A stretch of 64,000 bases of DNA, taken from the NCBI GenBank assembly GCA_964016885.1, contig OZ024747.1, positions 91,512,001 to 91,576,000 of the forward strand. The letters run 5' to 3'. A program made the translations under genes and the position numbers. The notes beneath the pieces were generated by a model. The model worked only from the letters and a program-made list of their open reading frames with translations. It searched no databases and was not told where the DNA came from. Below, piece by piece: positions 55,525 through 64,000 of this stretch (position 1 is the first letter of the stretch; every line of letters begins with the position of its first letter). The stretch is from Eledone cirrhosa (Eukaryota).

Positions 55525-57904
55525 TTAATATACTATTACATCTTCTACCTACAACAGGCACCATATGACGAAATACAATATGTCTCATGATCAGTTTATC
55601 AGCAACTAACTCTAAATTTCATTTTTGCTGCGGGCACTCAGCATTATTAAAATGGAAACTCGCAAAAGGGCAACAACCAGCTATGCACAGAGAAAAGATT
55701 AGAATCACGAGGTTATCCTTCTATTGAAACACACATTACTTTGCACCTAAATCCTTATTAGTTTATAGTCATTTACAAAACATATTTATAGAATTGTATA
55801 TTAATATTCCACGTTTCTAATGAGAAATTCGGTTAAGATGATTTGTTATTTTATGATGGAAGTTAATCCTCCGTCTATAATGTTATATTACATCAGTCCT
55901 GGACAACGTGGGTTGTTGTTGTGAGGTTGGTATTATTCACCTAATATGACATTCATTAATCTTTTGAGAATATCATATACGCTTATATGTTCATAATGAT
56001 ATACGCCATTACCATGATTGTTTGTTTTTATTTTGTTTTTATTATTATTATTATATTTATAACAATTGATAAATTTTGCTCGCAAATATTCTTAGAATAA
56101 TAAAGTTATGAAGAGATTTTATTCTAAAATTCACAAACATAAATGTAAACAAATAAATGTGCACGTGCGTGTGTGTGTATGTGTATGTTTTGCGTTTGTG
56201 GTGTGATTCATTTGTGTGTGTATATGTTGCGTTGATTGTGTGTGTGCAAAGAGACAGGTATATATATATATGATGATGAAACTGCCTTAGCCTACGGAGA
56301 CATTGTATGACCTAGGAGTAAGAGCAACGGAAAATTTGAGCTCTCTATAGTAATACATAACTGGATATTTTGTTGTTGTTGGTTTTTTAATAGTAATATA
56401 TAAGTCTGAGATATTCAAAGAACTAGAGAACAACATATTACCTAACACCACAGAGAGTACGAAGATTGTTATAATAACATAGTGCTTGCAAAAAAGAGCT
56501 TGAATATGTGTACTGAAGCAAGCAATAACTTCATATTAGAATTTCCCACTATACAATTATAGAGTATAGTTTATGTTCAAAAGTTATTCTGCAGTGTTAA
56601 ACGTATTTATAATTCAACCCTACACAAGAATCTCTAATTTGTATCCATTGAAGCAGTCAAATACGTTGAACCAATGATACGTTCAGCTTATTAAAAAGCG
56701 TCCGGCAGATCGCCTCTTTATTTCCCAGCCGTTTACGTATACAAAGCAAATTACACAAGCCAACATAGAATCCCATATTGGTTGGTATATGAAGGGAACT
56801 GCTGCACAGTGGTCTCAAAAGACTAGCCAATGAATACACGAAGCTGATGTTCTAACTGACTGAAGCAATAATTGGAAATAAAATCAATACAGTTTGTGGG
56901 AAAAAATATTTGATGAGGATTTAATATTATGAAGTTGGGTCGATTCTTGCTTTCGATTTATTTTTATTTTTATTTTTTTTCTATTTGGTTCTCTCTTTAG
57001 TTGTTATTTGTCACACGATTGGATTTTCCCACTTTTCTATATATAGATTTCAAATGTTTTTATTCACCGAACTTAGGTGTGTTAAATTTATCGAGGCGAT
57101 GAAGTTCTGAATTCTTGTTGTTCAACAGAGTTTGTCAGTTGCACAATCAAATCAGCAATCAAAGACACGATCTATTGCATTGATTTGACTCACATTGATT
57201 TAAGAAAGAAAACACCATCAACAACAACAACAACAACAATAACAAGAATCAATAGATGACACAGATTGAGAAACTCTCGTTTTCCATAACCACACTCATT
57301 TCTATAGGTTTGTGTTGCTTCTTTAGAAAAACGCCGTTTCCGACAAACAAATCATGAATGAAATCAAGAATTTTCTCTTTAATTCCAATTCTAATGGCAG
57401 ATGAGTGTAGTAATGTTTATAATTGTAGGATTAATACTGGCGATCTGATGGCGGGCATATATTAGAAATACCACACAATTACTGGCTTAATAGAGACGAA
57501 TGTTCTTTAACATTCTAATTGGTAGGGTTTATATATTTAAGATAGTGTATTCACTTGTATATGTTGTTTTATACACTCGTATATACACATAAAATAATTC
57601 TTGATAACCTAACATATAAATATGCAAGTATAGAGAAAATAAAAACACTCGAGTGCATGTACATACAGACGTGCATACATGTATACATACACACACGCGC
57701 ACACAGAAAAACACACACACAAACACACACACACACACAAACACACACACTCTCACACACTCACAAACACACACATGCATACATTCATTGCTTATACTGT
57801 TTGTGTGTATATGTGTCATGCATATGTAATTTAAACGGATAGTGATATCATTATATTGGTGCATACACACATACATATATATATATGTATGTGCGTGTGT
57901 ATGT

Positions 57905-57951
<47 letters not shown>

Positions 57952-58274
57952 AGAGGACAGCAATGATTAAGTTCAGAAAGAAATATTCAGTAATTCAGAG
58001 TTAACTATATAAAGATTAACTTACATAGCTAAATATTGTAATACATAATTATATATTCACTTAGGCTCACGCAATCGAGACAAGGAACCAATACTTTTAT
58101 AGATGCCTCCAGTTCGTATCCAGTAAAATATATTCACTGTAATGCAAATCAAACAACCTCATAATATTACTAGTGATTGATATTAGTTCGATCAAAATGA
58201 GTCATCGATATCCTAAATCTATTGCATCAATATATGTGACTTACCTATTTCAGATTCATTAACGCTGAAATAAT

Positions 58275-58374
<100 letters not shown>

Positions 58375-58570
58375 ACATAAATTCTTAAATATGATTTTGT
58401 TTACAAAAACCGATACACCCTAAAATATTCTTTTGTTAAACCAGCAGAAATATATGAACAATCACCTAAAATACAATGGTTCATAGTTAATTATAACTTA
58501 GATCTTAGATTTCATTTGATTTTTAAAACTTTCATAAGAATTCGCAGGAGAAATCAGTGTTTATTTCAAT

Positions 58571-58789
58571 AATGATTTCTGCTTTAGGAACAAGGCAAGT
58601 AATTTGAAAGAGCGGGGAAAGTCGATTAAGTCGACCCCAGTGCATTACTGGTACTTTATTATATCGATCCTGTAAGGATGAAAAGCAAATCTAAATTCGG
58701 CAGGATTTGAACTCAGAACTTAAAGGGCCATAACTCTATGCCACGAAGCATGTTGTCCGTCGCTCTACCAATACTGTCAATCCACCGCC
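58571..58789 (-). mobile_element. SINE (main family, long variant), full length
   Basis: Homology to the other copies. Confidence 0.85.
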
Positions 58790-60216
58790 TTAGTGTTTAT
58801 TTTAATAATATCATTATTTTGATTCTATTTTTGTAGAGAGGAATCTGGAAGTGTGTTTCTATACTATATTTGTACACCTGAAATTGTCCTTAGCACTTCC
58901 ATATTTGTTAAGAGCTATGTGCAATCTTCGTCTTGTCAAATGTATGTTGGTATACTTTTTTCTTTTACCTTCTTTATTAGATATTGGAAGATATCTCAGC
59001 AACCTTCAAACAACCCTTCATCAGTAGCCATAAAAAGTTACTCAGACAAAAAATAAAACTATGTGTACAATATCAAAGAGAAGACACATGAAACCTATCC
59101 TTATTGAAGGATCGTCTACTACAAGTGATAGGAAAATCTATCCAAAAGCTGTATTAAATAATCGTTCAAAGCATAAAAAATGTGATAAAGAAAAATAGAT
59201 GTTTGACTTGAATGAAAGAAGTTTATTGAAGAAATAAGAGCTCAATTAAGTTCAAAATCTTAGCATATTGAGTAAATCAATTTTCGCTATTCTCAGGGAT
59301 TTTTCATAGACGAATATTTCAAATGTTGAATGAAGATCTTAACGAAGATTATTTCACAAAGTAATATGATAGAAAAGTAGAAAGAAGAAATTTAGAAAAC
59401 CATATGTTTTACATTAGTCCACAACTGACTATAAAAAATATACTATCATCATAATAGTACTCATGCGTAGTATGTCACTCAGCCAAGTTGTTCAAAGATC
59501 ATAAAATTTACAATTTGATTTAGTCTAGATAGTTTACAGACTTTAATCGCATTGAAAATATAAAGTATACCCTTAACGAGAATCTGAATTTCAAATCTCT
59601 AGTAGTACTATTCGTGACATTTCGCAAAGACTAGTATGAAAGGCATATATTATTGAAAAATCGTGTTAACAGTATATTTATAGTATTAAAAGGCGACAGG
59701 AAAATCATACCAAAAGTATTGACAACAAAGAATGTTTATAAAGAAAATATATATCCTTTCTTTGAGGTTTCAGAAAGCAATAAGTATTGTGATTCTATTT
59801 TTTAGATAAACATTTTAAGTATCACAACACGATGTAAAAACATTCACAAGAGTAATCAAGATTCAAATTTCCTCCCTACATCTATCATTACACTTATTGC
59901 AGCCAAGAGAAGACCTCCAGTTCGTACCTTTGAAAAGGTATTTCGTATAAGAGACACAGTTCCAATCCCTTATTACATATTTCAGACAGGCAATTAGTCG
60001 TATATTTCCAGGGTAATAGATGCATTTATATCCGAATATATAACAAATTTCTAGAGAAAATTTCTTTTGTATCCTAGTTCATTTATCTTCTAGCCAAAAG
60101 ACCAAAATCTTACTGTCTCCATTCAGTTATGTGTTTCACACGTATACCAAAACAGCTCCTGTGTTTCCGAATATTATAGATACACTGGAGATGGCTGACG
60201 TATCTATCCATTAAGC

Positions 60217-60545
60217 CAGAGGTTCTCAAACCTTTTGGTCCACTGTCCCCCTCACGGCCACGTAATACGCTCATCCTTCCCCCCTCATCCCTATGTCCAG
60301 AGAGACCTGCCTACATGCAAATTGTAAATAATATATAACAAATCTAATCGTTAATTTATATATAATATTTATTTGCACATAGTTTATATTATATTTTTTA
60401 TTTTACTATATTTATATATAATATGTATCATTTGATATTTAATATACTATTATATAATCTCTACCACCACCCTACCGTCACCTTAGCCCCCATCGCCTTC
60501 TCACCGCCCCCAGAGAGGCGGTAGCACCCACTTTGAGAACTTCTG
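60217..60545. mobile_element. hAT (Charlie-like) MITE
   Basis: Terminal inverted repeats CAGAGGTTCTCAAA / TTTGAGAACTTCTG. Flanking duplication ATTAAGC is 7 bp visible (8 expected for hAT). Confidence 0.7.
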
Positions 60546-63234
60546 ATTAAGCGGTAATAAACAGCCAGACATTTAGTTGTAGAATTTACCAACAAATCAC
60601 CAATCCATTCATCTGTTCAGCAACTGCCACAATTCACGCTGCTTTCTTGCCAAATATATCTTAATATATATAATTCCTGAAGTAACCCCATTACATTCAT
60701 CTACGTTCTCTCTCAGATTATCTATCAACTTGTTAAAAAAATACATCCTTTCTCTAATTTAGGTTGGGGTAGATTGAATATTTCCGGACTTATTGAGTTT
60801 GCCTTTCTTCGGAATAACAAATAAACTACCACAAATAAACAACTACAAACCATGCCTTGTATGACGAAAATGCATTACTACTAATATTTTCTGAAATACA
60901 TTTCTACTTATATTTTCTGAAATAATTAGCAAGGTGATATCGCTCGAGTAGTTTCAAATAAATATATGCTTTAAACGACTGAACTATACAAGAGCAAAGC
61001 AACGCAAAGAAAAATGAGTTCGTTGTTTTGGAAATTCCAGTGTAAAACGGAAATACTTTTGTGTTATGGTTGGAATCTAGTCAGGATTATATCCTCCTCG
61101 CGGAAGCAACGAAACATAGCTGACTGATTATTTAGATATTTAGATGATAATAATATAGTATCGTCTAACAATTCCAGATGGTGATTTGTGAGAAATATTG
61201 TAAATATATTTATTTTAATTATAGAAGCAACCTTAAGCGATCTTAACTAGGTAGCTACACCAGCGCCTGTAATTATTCTGTCGTTTGTTGACAATAACTG
61301 TCCATTGTCCTAATTAGGCTGATATCAGTTATACCGTATTGTGATTGAATAAATTGATGCACACCTACATCCTCTTATCACCATGACAGAAAACAAATGA
61401 GTGAGAGAGAAAGAGAGAGAGAAAGAGATGGGAGGGAGCTTCTTCGTTGGTATGAGTATAATGAGAGCCGGGCAGTAGCAAGCCTACAAATATAATCTAT
61501 GCTTGTTTCTTTTATTTTCTTCTACTACATCTCTCTTGTACACTTAAATATAATCTATCATGAACGAGGTGAATCTATGTTAATATATATATAGGAATTT
61601 ATGTGTGTGATTTCTGTTTAATATACTGGACGTTTGTTCTAAAAGATATCAAAATATGTGTGTTTTCCGTGTGTACTAAATTCCGAATCAAAATGTTGAC
61701 AGTTTTAAGCTTCAGATATGTGACATCAAGATTATGTATCATGCTTTATTTTTGAATGTATAACTATGTGAATAAAAAAGCTTGATTTCAGATGTCATTA
61801 TCTACTTTTGACAATATTATACATTATGTACACCACACCTGTATACTACAATACATTTCTAGTTATTTAGTTCAGGTTCGAAGAAGTTTTCCGACTATGT
61901 AACTTTCAAAGTTTGGTGCTTCATGAAACACAATTGAAACACATACATTCGCTTATTGTAAGGAATGACCAGTTAGCGACCCAACAAGAAATCCTCGTTC
62001 TAGCGCCGATTCGACTTGCTAGATATAGCAACCAAGTCTCCACCCAATCTTATAATCCATGCAGTATTGGAAAAAAGACAGACATATGATAAACTGGTGC
62101 TGGGGGGAAAGGATGGGATGTTTACACCTCGAATGCTTTTCACAACACCTCTCTTCGACAAGAATTGACGTTTGGCTAAATAATAACAACAAATAAAGAC
62201 CAGAACTAAATTGATGTTGACTGTAGTGATTGTGTATTTAATGCATTCACAAATAATCATATCTCAAGCAGAAAATATATGCTTACTTATACACCAAAAG
62301 CGATGATACTGGCGCAGGTCGGAGAGAGTAAGCTATAGACCATCAATATATTTAGATCTGTGCTAATATTCTTAAATTTCTACGAAATCCCATGTGATTA
62401 TCGATAATGTATTCGAGAGGAAAGCTGCCTCCTTCAGTTAGTAACAATCTTCTTACAACATCATACTTCTGTATTTAATCCCTTGTGGAGTTGAATACAT
62501 ATTTCATATATTTTTAATAATCAAAGTCAATAAATATAAATAAATTAGAAATCTTTTCTTTACGTGAGAAACTACAATAGATAACGTTTTAACGTTCATA
62601 TTTTTCACAGACATTAATAGGAATATTGTAGTAAATTCGCGTCCACTGAAAGTAGAAAGCTTTTTTCTTCTTGCATCCATGATTCTACCACGGAAGGTCT
62701 AGCAACATGGGGGAGAAAATATTTGCAGAATAGGCAAAGCGTTGACCCGTCTGCCTAGCTTCCACTATCACATTGCGCGGGACGATTTGACCAGGATGGT
62801 GAGAAAAGTCGCTAATTTAGAGAGAGACCCCCACCGTTATCTTACCGAAAATAAACCAATGAGCAAATATGGCTGAATTTGTGCTAACTTATAAGACAGA
62901 ATATATGACAGAATTTGTGCTAACTTATAAGAAGGATTTCGGAAATTATTCTTACTCTCTCAGACGCGAGCTTGCATATTAAAACATATCTGAGGAGCTT
63001 CCGATTCCAGAGTCAGGTTCGATCATTAATAGATCGTTCCTCGAGCTGACCGACAGTGAAACATATGTAATATGTAATACATGTGTATATGATGCAACAC
63101 TGATTCTTTGTTCCTTTATATATTAATACTATTGATACTCTGCTCCCCAAGAGCATCGAGTACTCACCCGGCATACCACCTACGGACGCAATTAACTTGC
63201 ACCGTAACACCTATATATATATATATATATATAT

Positions 63235-63355
63235 ATAGGAAAATGTTCAAGACCCCTACGGCAGAGCTCTGCTGTCGGGATCTTGAACATTTTCCTGTTA
63301 CCCACTCTACTACCCAAAGTTATGGTCCACCCGGTTCCTTACCACACTTCCTTCG

Positions 63356-63358
<3 letters not shown>
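63235..63358 (+). mobile_element. GC-hairpin mini-cassette, copy 4 of 4
   Basis: Palindrome 63237-63296 centred on GAGCTC, shortened shared tail, (TA)n on both sides. Confidence 0.8.
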
Positions 63359-63401
<43 letters not shown>

Positions 63402-64000
63402 GTATGGAATATGGTGTACGTATTAGTATGTAAAACTCTCGGTAATTGGTCTGTTTGGATTTCCATGATGAGATCCAATCACAATCAGATAAGGATTAAT
63501 GAATTAATTGGTATTTGTATGTATCTACTAGGTATTTCTTTACTTTGGCATAGTTAGCTGTACACATCTGCCACAATGAAAACTAATAATCTGCAAATAA
63601 TAATGTTATTTTACGTCTATAACAGGTAAGACAGTGGTATGTGAAAATAAATAATTAATTCAATTATTCTATTCTGAATGAAAAGATATTGACTCAAGTT
63701 TTGAATATCTGAGCTTTTATTAGAAGTTTCGTTTTTTTTTTATTTTTGTTAATCTAAGGCAAATAGACTTATCATCTTCTAAATTACAACTCGGAATAAA
63801 ATTAGCGAGGAGAAATTCATCGAAAGATGTTTGTTCAGTATGTTTTATTCTCCAAAACTGAATCATGTAATGGTCATTTTAACTAGATAAAATTCTCCAA
63901 TTGTTATACAAACAACGGAAAAGAATCACTTTTAAATTTGCTTCCGGTATTTTCTAACTATAATGCTCTATTAAGTGGTTTACATATTGTTATCTATCTA

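Noticed and set aside
63040-63075. CTGACCGA-CAGT-GAAA-CATATG-TA
   Set aside because: No stem I or stem II.
63600-63635. Splice-donor-like CAGGTAAG (also minus-strand GGTAAGT at about 53785 and 58240)
   Set aside because: No supportable coding exon next to them; such words occur by chance.

Overview
AT-rich, microsatellite-dense eukaryotic DNA. The repeat repertoire suggests an octopus or other coleoid cephalopod (inference). I recognised no host protein-coding exon, and nearly all listed ORFs are translations of (TA)n, (CA)n or (GA)n tracts. The window is a mosaic of transposon remains: about 20 copies of one tRNA-derived SINE, other SINE fragments, RTE, CRE and R4/Dong LINE relics, two non-autonomous Helitrons, hAT- and piggyBac-like MITEs, a Chapaev3-like relic, and two 5'-truncated Naiad-type Penelope-like retroelements (PLEs) set in (TA)n tracts. 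The most striking signal is a set of about ten short fold-back (palindromic) cassettes, mostly (TA)n-embedded. Several contain readable type I hammerhead ribozymes (HHRs), and three loci carry the compensatory U3-A8 core. In one four-copy family the inversion centre lies on a putative ribozyme hairpin. This points to cDNA snap-back at ribozyme stems during PLE integration into microsatellites (inference).
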